Source of the DNA: Thermodesulfobacteriota bacterium | GTDB taxonomy: Bacteria > Desulfobacterota_D > UBA1144 > Nemesobacterales > UBA2774 | NCBI GenBank assembly: GCA_965216785.1 | Contig: OZ244197.1 | Span: 2,560,001-2,624,000 of the forward strand | Direction: 5' to 3' | Length of the DNA stretch: 64,000 bases | In this document: piece by piece, positions 43,493-54,274 of the stretch | How the letters are laid out: each line of letters starts with the position of its first letter | Numbering within the stretch: the stretch's first letter is position 1 | Notes under the pieces: model-generated | Database searches by the model: none | Told to the model about the DNA's origin: nothing | The model's input: only the letters and a program-made list of their open reading frames with translations | Program-made: the position numbers and the translations under genes

Positions 43493-43750
43493 AATTCACC
43501 CTCTTTTGGTCTGAAATCCATAGTAAATTGGTAAAAATTACTTACGGATATTTTATATATAATCCGGCGTTTGCGCAAATTATCGCGCCCTGATTACAAA
43601 CAAATAATAACTGTCTTTGTATACAGATTATATAGATTTTCCGGCGCTTAAGAGTACAAAACTGCGCGCTATCTTTTTTAGAGAGCAAGAACCGGGTTGT
43701 AGATTCAAACACCGTGTTTAATCTATAATATAACAAGTTTTCGGAGGACG

Positions 43751-44611
43751 TTGAGATTGAACATACAACAGGCAGATAAAGATTACAGAAGAGTAGAGAG
43801 CGCTCTTAAGTATTTACAGACAAACTTCCAGAATAAGCCGAGCCTTAAAGAGATAGCCGATAGGGCTTCTCTCAGCGAATACCACTTCCAGCGTATATTC
43901 ACACGGTGGGCGGGGATTAGCCCCGAGCGCTTTATGAAATACCTTACGAAGGAAACCGCGAAAAAAACTCTTGCCGAGTCTAAGAGCATCCTTGACGCCG
44001 CATACAAGAGCAAGCTCAGCAGCCAGGGACGTCTTTACGACCTATTCGTCACTACAGAGGCCGTAACCCCTGGGGAATTCAAATCCTCCGGAAAGGGTCT
44101 CGTAATCAACTACGGTGTCCATCCAAGCCCATTCGGCCGGTGTTTTATAGCATTGACTGAGCGCGGTATCTGCTTTCTCGGGTTTATAGGTAAAGATGAG
44201 CTCGAAGAGGTTCTATCGGAATTTAAACGCAAATGGAAAAACGCTCTAATAACGAAAGACCAAAAAGCCTCGGCCCGTGTCGTAGAGTCAATATTTGATA
44301 GTAACGCGGGTACCCAGAAGGAGCCGTTTAAGCTTTTACTCCGAGGAACTAATTTTCAGATCAAGGTCTGGGAAGCTCTTTTGAAAATCCCTCCCGGATG
44401 CATAGTGTCTTACGAGGGTTTAGCGCATCGCCTGGGCAAGCCCAATTCGGCAAGGGCTGTTGCGGGCGCTGTAGCTTCAAACCCACTGGCCTATTTAATC
44501 CCGTGCCACCGCGTGATCAGGAAAATGGGTGTGATAAGCGATTACCGCTGGGGGGCCGAGAGAAAGATGGCCATGCTCGCGCGGGAATCATCAATATTAA
44601 AAAACCCTTAG
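43751..44611 (+). CDS. Bifunctional AraC-HTH/methylated-DNA-protein-cysteine methyltransferase (Ada-like)
   Basis: SEYHFQRIF HTH, GTNFQ.KVW, IPCHRV. Confidence 0.92.
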   Translation: MRLNIQQADKDYRRVESALKYLQTNFQNKPSLKEIADRASLSEYHFQRIFTRWAGISPERFMKYLTKETAKKTLAESKSILDAAYKSKLSSQGRLYDLFVTTEAVTPGEFKSSGKGLVINYGVHPSPFGRCFIALTERGICFLGFIGKDELEEVLSEFKRKWKNALITKDQKASARVVESIFDSNAGTQKEPFKLLLRGTNFQIKVWEALLKIPPGCIVSYEGLAHRLGKPNSARAVAGAVASNPLAYLIPCHRVIRKMGVISDYRWGAERKMAMLARESSILKNP

Positions 44612-44629
44612 ACTGTTTTATATGCTTAC

Positions 44630-45448
44630 TTAGAGCTCTGTACCGCAAAACTTACAGTGCTTTGCGTCGTCATCGTGCCCTTCGGCACTGCACTGCCGGC
44701 AGGATAGTGTCGGGAAACCCTGCTTGAACGCCTGTGACAGCTCCACCGTTACAATACCGGTAGGAACAGCGATTATACTGTACCCCATTACCATCACCAC
44801 AACCGACAGTGCCTGTCCCAAAGGCGTGTGGGGCGATATGTCGCCGTAGCCTACGGTCGTGAGTGTTACGATAGCCCAGTATATGCTGATAGGTATGCTC
44901 GTATACCCGTTTTGGGGCCCCTCGATTATATACATCATCGAGCCGAGCACCGTGACGATTGTAATGACCGTGAAAAGAAAGATCGTGATCTTCCTTGAGC
45001 TCGCCGATATAGCCCTAATGAGCAAATTAGCCTCACCCACATACTTGGCAAGCTTAAGCACACGAAATATCCTGAGCACCCTGAGTATCCTGATCACAAG
45101 AAGGAACCTGGTACCGGGAAGCAGGAGGTCGAGGTAAGTGGGAATTACGGTCAAGAGATCGACAATCCCAAAGAAACTTGTTGCGTAGCGGATAGGACGC
45201 CCGACGGATATCAGCCTTAAAACGTATTCTATGCTGAAAATAACCGTGAAGAACCACTCAAACACATAGAAAAGGCGGCCGTACTTCTCGTTGAGTGAAT
45301 CTACACTATCAAGCATAACAATTAGAACGCTCCCGATAATGCAGACTATCAGTACCTCATCAAAAAGCTTTCCCGCGCGTGTGTCGGCCTCGAAAATTAT
45401 TTCATGTATCTTCTCCCTCCAGTTCTTTGAATTATGATTGTGGGCCAT
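44630..45448 (-). CDS. Voltage-gated-type potassium channel (ion transporter)
   Basis: S4 RILRVLRIFRVLK, filter TTVGYGD, C-terminal CxxC...CxxC. Confidence 0.93.
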   Translation of the reverse strand: MAHNHNSKNWREKIHEIIFEADTRAGKLFDEVLIVCIIGSVLIVMLDSVDSLNEKYGRLFYVFEWFFTVIFSIEYVLRLISVGRPIRYATSFFGIVDLLTVIPTYLDLLLPGTRFLLVIRILRVLRIFRVLKLAKYVGEANLLIRAISASSRKITIFLFTVITIVTVLGSMMYIIEGPQNGYTSIPISIYWAIVTLTTVGYGDISPHTPLGQALSVVVMVMGYSIIAVPTGIVTVELSQAFKQGFPTLSCRQCSAEGHDDDAKHCKFCGTEL

Positions 45449-45532
45449 ACGGTATCCTCCGGCAATTTTTTTCTTTGTTCCTATTTTATTTCTGATCCCA
45501 TACTAAGTACAGTATCTTTGTAATTTTTGCTA

Positions 45533-46861
45533 ATGAGTCAAATAAAAAATAATTCCCCGCGTGCCAAAAACGGTGTAAGCGCATTCTCAGCGCTTTCCAT
45601 CGGCATAGGCGGCATGGTAGGCGGAGGCATATTTGCAGTCACAGGGCTCACCGTTGACCTCACCCGGGGAGCCGCTCCCGTAGCGTTTGTCATAGCGGGC
45701 ATAGTAGCGCTCCTAACGAGCTATTCTTACTTAAAGCTCACACTACGCTTCCCGAGTCAGGGCGGCACAGTGGAGTTTTTAAACAGAGGGTTTGGAAAAG
45801 GCGTATTTACGGGGTCCTCCAACATACTTCTTTGTTTAAGCTACATAATTCTCCTTGCTATTTACGCCTACGCATTCGGTAGCTACGGGGCGAGCCTCTT
45901 CCCCAAAGCCGATTATGAATTCTGGAAACACGCATTAATTACCGGGATTATTATTTTTCTAGCAATTGTGAACTTCTTTGGTGCCGAGCTTGCTATACGC
46001 TCTGAGAACCTTTTTAACTCGGTAAAAATGATATTACTCGCCGTATTTGTAGTTGCCGGGCTAATCGCGCCGATTGAGTGGTCGAGGCTATCTATTGAGA
46101 ACTACGTGCCGCCCGTGGCTATATTCTCAGGCGCCATGATCATATTTTTAAACTACGAGGGCTTTGAGCTCATCGCTAACGCCGGCAAAGACGTGATAAA
46201 CCCAAAGAGAGCGCTCCCGATAGCATATATTGGCGGTGTTTTAATTGTCATAGTTCTCTATGTCCTAATCACTATTGTAGTAGTGGGCCATATGGATTTT
46301 GAGTCAATTCATTACGCGAGCAACTATGCGCTTTCTCAGGCAGCGGGCACGTTCTTAGGAAGATTCGGATTCATCATGCTTGTCGTGGCCGCGCTGCTGG
46401 CCACAAGCTCTGCTATAAACGCGACTTTCTACGGCTCCGGTAGACTCACCTACATAATAGCAAAATACGGCGAGCTGCCCAAAGAGCTCGAGCGCGACAT
46501 AAGGAACCAGCCTCTTGAGGGGATGATAATATTCGCTCTCCTCACTTTATTCATTGCGAACTTTATTCCCCTAGACGCTATTGCAACAATGGGGAGCGCA
46601 GGGTTTCTGCTCATATTTATGGGCGTTAATATTGCAAACTTAAGGCTTGCGAAACAGACCCGTAGCTTGGGGTGGATATCACTTTTAGCGGCATTTTTCT
46701 GCTTTATAGCGCTTTTAGCGTTATGCTGGCAGACCTGGAGGGCAACGGAGACCCGGAGCCAGATATGGATACTTGCCGCAATGATCGTATCTTCGGTACT
46801 AATCGAAGTGATATATAGAGCTATAACAAAAAGGGAAATACATATGGGACGGGGCAATTAA
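45533..46861 (+). CDS. APC-family amino acid permease
   Basis: GGMVGGGIF TM1, YEGFELI, about 12 TM segments. Confidence 0.9.
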   Translation: MSQIKNNSPRAKNGVSAFSALSIGIGGMVGGGIFAVTGLTVDLTRGAAPVAFVIAGIVALLTSYSYLKLTLRFPSQGGTVEFLNRGFGKGVFTGSSNILLCLSYIILLAIYAYAFGSYGASLFPKADYEFWKHALITGIIIFLAIVNFFGAELAIRSENLFNSVKMILLAVFVVAGLIAPIEWSRLSIENYVPPVAIFSGAMIIFLNYEGFELIANAGKDVINPKRALPIAYIGGVLIVIVLYVLITIVVVGHMDFESIHYASNYALSQAAGTFLGRFGFIMLVVAALLATSSAINATFYGSGRLTYIIAKYGELPKELERDIRNQPLEGMIIFALLTLFIANFIPLDAIATMGSAGFLLIFMGVNIANLRLAKQTRSLGWISLLAAFFCFIALLALCWQTWRATETRSQIWILAAMIVSSVLIEVIYRAITKREIHMGRGN

Positions 46862-46894
46862 ACATTAAAGAGGATTAAACTGTAGAAGGAAATT

Positions 46895-47149
46895 CTAAAT
46901 CCGGTGTTTACTGCAAAAACTTTCTATCTCTTCTAATACTTTTTCGGTAATCTGCTCTTTTGTAACGCGGGAAAATATTTTCCGCAGCACCCGCCGCTCG
47001 TCTTCATCGATCACGTTGTCTTCGAGCGCTATCTTCTCCAGCATTTTAAGCTCCTTTTCATCGATTGTATCGTCATTAGCAAATACGACAAGAAAAGAGT
47101 ATCCCATCAACTGCTTTGCGGGTGATTTCGGATCCATAACGATCTCCAC
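46895..47149 (-). CDS. Small acidic hypothetical protein
   Basis: 84 aa with two D-x-x-I-D-E-x-E repeats. Confidence 0.6.
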   Translation of the reverse strand: MEIVMDPKSPAKQLMGYSFLVVFANDDTIDEKELKMLEKIALEDNVIDEDERRVLRKIFSRVTKEQITEKVLEEIESFCSKHRI

Positions 47150-47287
47150 ATTTGAATTTTACCAATATTGCATTCTAAAACAAGATTATGAAGCCTATAT
47201 TAAGATTGTAATGTAATACAGATCATAGAAGTTTTTCGACTTAACAGTAATAATTCTCTTCTATAATTCACTCACGCGACTAATTAA

Positions 47288-48019
47288 ATGAATCAATATA
47301 GACCAGTATCTATCGTAATGCCCGTTTATAACGAAGAGGAGATTCTAGAAAAAACGGTTCGTGAGCATTACAGCGAAATAATTGAGGCTATCCCGGGCTC
47401 AGAATTTATAATAGTGGACGACTGCTCCACAGACGACAGCCCAGTGATACTCAAGAGGCTTGAAAAAGAGCTTCCCGGGATAAAAGTGCTGAGGCCCGAA
47501 CAAAACGGCGGTCATGGAAAAGCGCTAAGGCTGGCATTTGAAAACGCGTCTCGCGACTTAATATTCCATACAGACAGCGACTATCAGAACAACCCCAAGG
47601 ACTTTTGGAAGCTTTATGCCGAGATTGACAATTACGATCTTATAATAGGCTATAGATCATCTAGACACGACCCCATTCACAGACTCATGATTACGAGAAT
47701 CGTACGGCTTGTAAGCTTAGTCTCGTTCGGCAGTTACATAAAGGACGCAAATTCGCCGTTTAAATTGATTAAAAAGGAGTGCTTAACGGACTGTCTCGCG
47801 TCTATAGACCCCGAGGCATTCGCCCCGTCAATACTCCTTGCTCTAACAGCTAAATGGAAAGGTTACAGGTTACTTGAGCTTCCGGTCGAGCATTTTGAGC
47901 GCAAAACGGGGAAAGTATCAATCGCCAACTGGAAAATTATAAAAGCCTGTTTGATTTCTTTTTCCGACACTATTAAATTAAGAGGAACTTTAGGTAAGTC
48001 AAAAGACAAGAATCGTTAA
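47288..48019 (+). CDS. Glycosyltransferase family 2 (DPM/GtrB-like)
   Basis: MPVYNEE, VDDCSTD, DSD, RxxGxS. Confidence 0.92.
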   Translation: MNQYRPVSIVMPVYNEEEILEKTVREHYSEIIEAIPGSEFIIVDDCSTDDSPVILKRLEKELPGIKVLRPEQNGGHGKALRLAFENASRDLIFHTDSDYQNNPKDFWKLYAEIDNYDLIIGYRSSRHDPIHRLMITRIVRLVSLVSFGSYIKDANSPFKLIKKECLTDCLASIDPEAFAPSILLALTAKWKGYRLLELPVEHFERKTGKVSIANWKIIKACLISFSDTIKLRGTLGKSKDKNR

Positions 48020-48095
48020 ATTCGACCTTGAACGGGAGTACAAAGTAATATATTCAAAGCTTGTATATTTTATTGACCGTCTATTCTATGTTCTA

Positions 48096-49940
48096 ATGAT
48101 TTCGCTTGCGGTTTTCGGCGTAGCGGGTTATGCGGGCTCACTTGCGATTGAAAATCTCACAATAGAATTATGGGTAATTATACTTATAACCAGCTTGGCT
48201 GGCGCGCTCTTATCACTCCTTTACTTTAGACCATATACTGAAAGCGCTAGACAGTTCTCAATTAAAAGTCTCGTCTTGGGCCTTATTCCCTATCTTGTTC
48301 TCTTGCCTGGCGTAATTTCACTTTTCATATGCACTGATATTCAAATTTCACATCATGGCCCGTTTCATTCGGGTTATATATACCAGATACTTCACGGGAT
48401 ATCCCCACCTGACAATGTTGTGCTCCCCGGGTTTTCCGCTAACGTATATTGGCTCTATCATTCGCTCATAGCTACCTTGAGTCAAATATTCGATACAGCT
48501 CCTCCTCTTGTTGCCGCCTTTGTAAATATCATGGCTCTTATTGCTACACTCCATTGGGTCAGAAAATCTCTATCTCTTCTGGAACTCAAAAACAAAAACT
48601 CATTGATTACAAGCTGCTATACATTGTTAGTCCTATTTGGGACAAGCTTATTTTCCGCTATACATCTGAGCTTAGCGTATATAATAAGAGGACATTTTAC
48701 CCTTAAAATATATGAAAATCCTTTAAATTTTGTTGGCGTATTATTTAACAGCGACAAAAGACTTTTATCACTGTTTAAAAAATTCTTAAATCTTACGGGA
48801 ACACCTCTGGGTATATTATTTTTTTGCTTCACCCTCTATATATCTCTTCTCATATTAAAAGGGGAATTGACTACTAAGAAGATTTTACTACTTGCTGTCG
48901 CAATCTCCGGCTCGCTTATTTTTCATACTACCTCAGGAGGGTTTTCATTACTAATAATTCCTATTTCCTTGTTTGTCACTCTCCTAATCATAAATAGGGA
49001 GAGATTGATTCTATATATTCAAAAAATGGATGCTTTTCACTTTATAGTACTAGCATTCATAATTCTTATTCTTTTTATTCCTATCCTCCACTATGTTTTC
49101 GAGGCGGCTAAAGCTCTGCCGGCAAGTACAAGTGTTGGGACATCTGTAGGATTCAATATAGCATCGATAGTTTCTGTTGCTTATCCCGTAATACCCTTTT
49201 CTCTACTTGCAATCTATGTGAAATATAGAGAAAAAACCGATACGATATTGTTTTTCACCACAGCTAGTTTATTAGGATTCTTATTATCAATATTTATAAA
49301 CTTGCCCGATAAGAATCAATATAAATTTATATACCTATCAACAATAACTACTTGTTTTTTAAGTGTAATAGGACTTGACTATATGTACTATAGTTTCAAA
49401 ACCAGATTTAGTTTAATAAGCAAGCTGATATTTTATGCAATATTTGTACTACTTAGCTATAATATACTAAATACCGGTTTTATATACCTTAAATCCATAC
49501 AATATCGTAGCAACGCTTATTACTATAAAAATAAAAATATAAATCTGAAGGCGGGAGTTAAGAATAAAGAGTCCTATGAATGGATTAGGGATAATTCTGC
49601 ACCTGATACAGTTATCATCATACCCTTGCAAGATAAAGATAAAAATGATTTATATTTAGTGGCACAGAGACTTGCTTATGTTGCTTATGGTGATATATAC
49701 GCAGAGGGATTTATTGAATATGATAAAAGAGTAGATAACGTCAACCTGTTCTATTCACAAAACACCACAATCGATAAGAAGGTCGAGATATTAGGTGAAT
49801 TCGAGAAGTTCAGTCAAAAAAGGGATACCATACTTTTAATTCCAAGTGACAACCTCGAACCTATTTCTTCATACTTGGACACTCTTGAGTTGATCTATAG
49901 CGATCAAGAAGCAAACCTCTACTCATTCAAAAACAATTAG
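48096..49940 (+). CDS. Polytopic membrane protein, possibly a GT-C-fold glycosyltransferase
   Basis: Many TM segments, C-terminal YEWIRDNSAPDTVI soluble domain; AT-rich; follows GT2. Confidence 0.6.
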   Translation: MISLAVFGVAGYAGSLAIENLTIELWVIILITSLAGALLSLLYFRPYTESARQFSIKSLVLGLIPYLVLLPGVISLFICTDIQISHHGPFHSGYIYQILHGISPPDNVVLPGFSANVYWLYHSLIATLSQIFDTAPPLVAAFVNIMALIATLHWVRKSLSLLELKNKNSLITSCYTLLVLFGTSLFSAIHLSLAYIIRGHFTLKIYENPLNFVGVLFNSDKRLLSLFKKFLNLTGTPLGILFFCFTLYISLLILKGELTTKKILLLAVAISGSLIFHTTSGGFSLLIIPISLFVTLLIINRERLILYIQKMDAFHFIVLAFIILILFIPILHYVFEAAKALPASTSVGTSVGFNIASIVSVAYPVIPFSLLAIYVKYREKTDTILFFTTASLLGFLLSIFINLPDKNQYKFIYLSTITTCFLSVIGLDYMYYSFKTRFSLISKLIFYAIFVLLSYNILNTGFIYLKSIQYRSNAYYYKNKNINLKAGVKNKESYEWIRDNSAPDTVIIIPLQDKDKNDLYLVAQRLAYVAYGDIYAEGFIEYDKRVDNVNLFYSQNTTIDKKVEILGEFEKFSQKRDTILLIPSDNLEPISSYLDTLELIYSDQEANLYSFKNN

Positions 49941-49955
49941 GGCAAATCCATGACT

Positions 49956-51062
49956 TTAAAGCAGTAGGGTGAAAATCAAAATTATTCCAAACGCAAAAAG
50001 ATATATATATCTGGCCCACTTCTCTATCATCTTCGCACGCTCTTCGTTCCCTTCAGAGGCGATTTTACTGGTTACGACGGCGGTACCCAGAGCCAAAAAG
50101 ACCAAAATAGTCGAGAAGAGCACGAACTTATCGATCCTGGTAAAGTAAGAAACCTTTGGCAGCTGGTAACTCAGACTGAATCTATATGCGATCAGCGTGA
50201 AAACAGTTGCCGTGGAAAGCCCTACCTGCGGGCCTATTGCAGTCGGGGGAATCCAGAATACCGCCCATGCCATAAGTACTATCAGGCAAAGGGGTATAAG
50301 CACGTTTAGCACGTAATAATTTCTGTCTCTTTGTGCAGACATCCTGAAATCAATTCGAGCAAAATTTCGTACCTCACCTGTGCCTTGAGACTTAACTGCT
50401 TCGCTCGATGTAACCGCATCGAGGAGTCCGACATGCCAACCCTCGATGGAGAAATGATCTCTCGAGCCCGAGAACTTTTTATCCTGTACAAAAACCATAT
50501 GCTCAGCGTCCGGACCGTACGCGGCAAGGATAAAATGAAGTACCTGACTATCAAAGGGAAAGTCTGTGAAATCCAGATCCGAGGAAAGCGTGCCTATGTA
50601 ACGCTGCTTATAATTAACTTTGCCCTCACTGTCCACTCTCACTACTTTTGGAAGCAGTTTTTCCCCTTTACTTCTGTTCACATCAATAAAGGACGGGTGC
50701 CAGATATCCTGGAGTTTTATCGTGCATCTCTCAAGAGACCTACCAATCGACTTCTCCGATAAACGCGGATCATTCCAAGTGGAATTAAACACTATGTCCG
50801 CCGTAAAGGTTTGCTCCACATCGTCTATCTCTTTAACGTCAATGAGGAAAAAACCCATATATACCTTGGTCTTTTCACCCTCGGCCCCTGGTCTTATTGC
50901 CTGGGTATTTTCAGGGACTGTACAGTCCATAGTACTCATGGTTGTATCGTTAGTTTGAGCAAAAGCCGCAATATACGTACACAAGATTAAGAGCAGCGCG
51001 GCAAGCCCAAATCGCATAACTAATCGAGCTCTATAGATCGAGTTGTAGTTTTGTACATTCAT
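49956..51062 (-). CDS. Prokaryotic pentameric ligand-gated ion channel (GLIC/ELIC-like)
   Basis: Signal peptide, W.DPRL, IWHP, Pro-loop DFPFDSQ, GW, M1 Pro, LPKVSYFT M2-M3 loop, four TM helices. Confidence 0.9.
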   Translation of the reverse strand: MNVQNYNSIYRARLVMRFGLAALLLILCTYIAAFAQTNDTTMSTMDCTVPENTQAIRPGAEGEKTKVYMGFFLIDVKEIDDVEQTFTADIVFNSTWNDPRLSEKSIGRSLERCTIKLQDIWHPSFIDVNRSKGEKLLPKVVRVDSEGKVNYKQRYIGTLSSDLDFTDFPFDSQVLHFILAAYGPDAEHMVFVQDKKFSGSRDHFSIEGWHVGLLDAVTSSEAVKSQGTGEVRNFARIDFRMSAQRDRNYYVLNVLIPLCLIVLMAWAVFWIPPTAIGPQVGLSTATVFTLIAYRFSLSYQLPKVSYFTRIDKFVLFSTILVFLALGTAVVTSKIASEGNEERAKMIEKWARYIYLFAFGIILIFTLLL

Positions 51063-51241
51063 TTTAGGCTATGTAAGTAAAAAGGTATCACCAATATTGT
51101 ATATCAAATATCCGCCGTCTTAACAATACACTTAGAAACTGTATTTTTTTGTGACCGTACTTCTCATTTGTATAGTCACCTATTACAAACCAGATAAATG
51201 CTCTTTCATTAATCAATATATCGCAACAGTAGACTCTGCGT

Positions 51242-51257
51242 CATCAAAATTCGGCAA
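51242..51257 (-). promoter_or_regulatory. Regulon motif copy 1 (TTGCCGAATTTTGATG) upstream of the pLGIC gene
   Basis: Followed after 21 nt by TATATT. Confidence 0.75.
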
Positions 51258-51434
51258 ACTATAATTCTGAAGAAATAAAATATCCTCGGTATATATCGAC
51301 AGCGATTTAATGTCTTATCAACAAAATCTATAGCACATAAAGATATATGTTGCACTTGTACAATTTACACCATTTTGCTATCATAACTTGTAGAAATTAC
51401 GCGCTATTAACAATCAAAGACTATAAAGTACTAC

Positions 51435-51450
51435 TTGCCGATTTTTGATG
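51435..51450 (+). promoter_or_regulatory. Regulon motif copy 2 (TTGCCGATTTTTGATG) upstream of patatin
   Basis: Followed after 21 nt by TATCGT. Confidence 0.8.
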
Positions 51451-51579
51451 TGGTTGCATAGCTCAAGAAGGTATCGTCATTATAAACTTTTTATCAAATA
51501 CTAAAAGCTATCTTAAAGCTAAGTGAAACTAGGCGTTACTCTGCTTTTTGCTTAAATAGTTTCACTAACGAGTACAAAT

Positions 51580-52767
51580 ATGAAAATAAGAGCTACGTTG
51601 ATCCTATTGAGCGTTTTTTTCTTCATCGGTTGTGCGAATATTAAAAGAAACCCTCTTCCTGAAAATAGGTCGTTGGATGCTGTTGTATTAAATACCAAAG
51701 GCATTCGCACGTACGCCGGGGAATTAGACCCTGAATTTCAGGAAGACCTTAAGTTATCCGTAATACAAGAGCTTGAAGAGCACGGTAAATATCCTGATTA
51801 TAAGGTTGATAACAGCATACTACTTTTATCGGGCGGCGGCGCCCACGGCTCATTCGGCGCGGGTTTTTTAAACGGCTGGACCAGCACCGGCACCAGGCCT
51901 GAATTTAAAATAGTTACGGGTATAAGCACGGGAGCGCTCATAGCCCCGGTTGCGTTTGTAGGAAGTCAGTATGATGACGTATTAAAAGAATTGTACACAG
52001 GGGTATCGACACAAGACGTTGCAAATGTGAGAGGAATCGCGACTCTCTGGAACGATTCCCTGGCCGACCCGGCCCCGCTTATGGAGATACTTGAGACTTA
52101 CATAAACAAATCATTCATCGATAAAGTAGCTCAGGCCCACAATGAAGGCAGGAGGCTATATTTAGGAACTACCAATCTGGACGCCCAAAGGCTGGTTATC
52201 TGGAACATGGGTTTACTTGCTAATATTGATGATCCCAGAGTCCCCGAGCTATTCCGAAAGATAATGCTTGCGTCCTCTTCTATACCTATCGTTTTCCCAC
52301 CCGTAATGGTGGATGTGGAATTAGACGGGCTCGAATTTGATGAGATGCACGTTGACGGAGGGGTCATAACCCAAGTCTTTTTTCACCTTGCCATAGTGGA
52401 TATTAAAGAGATAAGAAATGAATTAATGGACGGTTCCATCCCTGTAGAAAAAGGAAAAATATTTCTAATCATGAACGGGACCATTTTGCCGATTTCCGAC
52501 CAAATTAACAGAAAAATACTAGATATTACTGAACGCTCCCTATCTACTATGATTAAATCCTCTGCTATAAACGACCTGAGGAGAATTTACTATTTGGCCA
52601 AAAAGGAAGATCTGGACTTTAACTACGTAGGAATACCTGAGGGCTTTGAATTTACGGCGACAGAACCATTTGATCGTTTAGAGATGATAGAGCTATATAA
52701 TCTGGGATACGGAATCGGCTCCTCAAGCGATAGATGGCAGCATGAAGTTCCCGGAGATGTACAATAA
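51580..52767 (+). CDS. Patatin-like phospholipase lipoprotein
   Basis: Lipobox FIGC, SGGGAHG, GISTG nucleophile, DGG. Confidence 0.9.
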   Translation: MKIRATLILLSVFFFIGCANIKRNPLPENRSLDAVVLNTKGIRTYAGELDPEFQEDLKLSVIQELEEHGKYPDYKVDNSILLLSGGGAHGSFGAGFLNGWTSTGTRPEFKIVTGISTGALIAPVAFVGSQYDDVLKELYTGVSTQDVANVRGIATLWNDSLADPAPLMEILETYINKSFIDKVAQAHNEGRRLYLGTTNLDAQRLVIWNMGLLANIDDPRVPELFRKIMLASSSIPIVFPPVMVDVELDGLEFDEMHVDGGVITQVFFHLAIVDIKEIRNELMDGSIPVEKGKIFLIMNGTILPISDQINRKILDITERSLSTMIKSSAINDLRRIYYLAKKEDLDFNYVGIPEGFEFTATEPFDRLEMIELYNLGYGIGSSSDRWQHEVPGDVQ

Positions 52768-52848
52768 TTATGAGAATTCAAGAAAATGATGGTGGCTTTT
52801 ACAGTTTTTGAAACTTCTGTCATACAAATAAAAGAGGAGGTAGTAGAT

Positions 52849-53550
52849 ATGAGATCCAATATATTTATGTTTTCTATTTTTTTGGTTTTAGTAGCTTTAT
52901 TTTCGTTCGGGTGCGCCAAAACTCATGAGAGTGACAAGCCATTGCCAAAAGGCTTCATTTCAGATTTATCACAGCTTGAGGAAGACCCTGAAGGCAAGGT
53001 TGCACTCGTTTATGTCAACGAGAACATTGATTTTTCTTCTTACGACAAGGTATGGCTAGAAACTATCACGATTTATGTTTTTGAAGGATCAAAACTGGCC
53101 GATTTGCCTGAAGAAAAGCTTAACAATCTTGTGGCATATATGAAAGAAGCTTTGGAAAGAGAGCTGGGCAAGAATAATCAAATAGTTGAACAAGCAGGCC
53201 CTGGTGTCGCGCAAGTCAGATTCGCGCTGACTGAAGTTTCGGGCTCAAATGCTCTTATGGATACGGTAACGACTGTAGCGCCGCCCGCAAGGGCATTCAG
53301 TGAGTTAAAAAAACTTGTAACCGGAAAACACGCAGCAGTCGGGCAGGCGGCATTTGAAGGCGAAGCGCTGGATTCAGTTACCGGAGAAAGAATCGCGGCC
53401 GCCATGGGAGTAAGATCAGGCGGTAAGGCAGTTAAGACAAACTTTGATGAGTATCGAGACGTTAAAGCTGCAGTCGACGCTTGGGCAGCCAACATGAGTG
53501 AAAGATTTGAGAGATTGAAACAGAGAAGCGCCGGAAACGGACAGTCTTAA
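52849..53550 (+). CDS. DUF3313-like lipoprotein
   Basis: AGGAGG RBS, lipobox SFGC, GF.SD.SQL, YDKV.L, E..DS.TGE..AA. Confidence 0.75.
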   Translation: MRSNIFMFSIFLVLVALFSFGCAKTHESDKPLPKGFISDLSQLEEDPEGKVALVYVNENIDFSSYDKVWLETITIYVFEGSKLADLPEEKLNNLVAYMKEALERELGKNNQIVEQAGPGVAQVRFALTEVSGSNALMDTVTTVAPPARAFSELKKLVTGKHAAVGQAAFEGEALDSVTGERIAAAMGVRSGGKAVKTNFDEYRDVKAAVDAWAANMSERFERLKQRSAGNGQS

Positions 53551-53680
53551 GAAAACATTGCTCTTTTTAATTATTCGCACGTTTTAGGCTGCTTATCACT
53601 TGCGGCGACTTATGCTTTCTGAGTAGATGGGTTATCCGGCCTTATAGTCTTAGTTACTGAAGACGGAATAACCCGTTTAC

Positions 53681-54199
53681 TCAATTGATAAACATCCTCA
53701 TCAACACGAGTGTTAGAGCGATCAGTACAAACCCGACACCTCCGAGAATGCGCAGTATCAAGTTTTCGGTTCTATATTTTAAAATTGTGAATCCATAGTA
53801 AAAGAGTAGCGAGATAATAATGACTATTGAAACCTTGTAAGCTGCCTTTATTCCTAACAGACCTATCTTGGACAGAGCAAATACTATTATTATAGGGAAG
53901 AGCTCTACAGCCACATAGATAAGCTCCTTCAAGTAGGAGATTCTTTCCTCATGCTCCAAAGCGCGTTTTTCTACGATAGATTTACTAACCATATTTGAGA
54001 ATATCCTGAGGGAATTTATACATAGCACCGTCCAAGAAATAACTATTACGCTCTCGATCGGGCCTGGCGGATTTTCCTGCAGAACTACCAGAAGAACTAA
54101 AATGATTACCGATGCCGTAACCGCGCTTGACACATATGCCTGTGAAAGAATTATAGAAAGGATACGCGTTTTAATAATCGATAAACGGTAGGATATCAT
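53681..54199 (-). CDS. Hypothetical integral membrane protein (about 5 TM)
   Basis: Hydrophobic 172-aa ORF preceded by a regulon motif copy. Confidence 0.65.
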   Translation of the reverse strand: MISYRLSIIKTRILSIILSQAYVSSAVTASVIILVLLVVLQENPPGPIESVIVISWTVLCINSLRIFSNMVSKSIVEKRALEHEERISYLKELIYVAVELFPIIIVFALSKIGLLGIKAAYKVSIVIIISLLFYYGFTILKYRTENLILRILGGVGFVLIALTLVLMRMFIN

Positions 54200-54274
54200 T
54201 ATCTATGTCCTGCCTAATTCAGAAGCCACAAAAGGGAATTTAATTTAGATTAATGCTTCTAAATAGTCACAATA

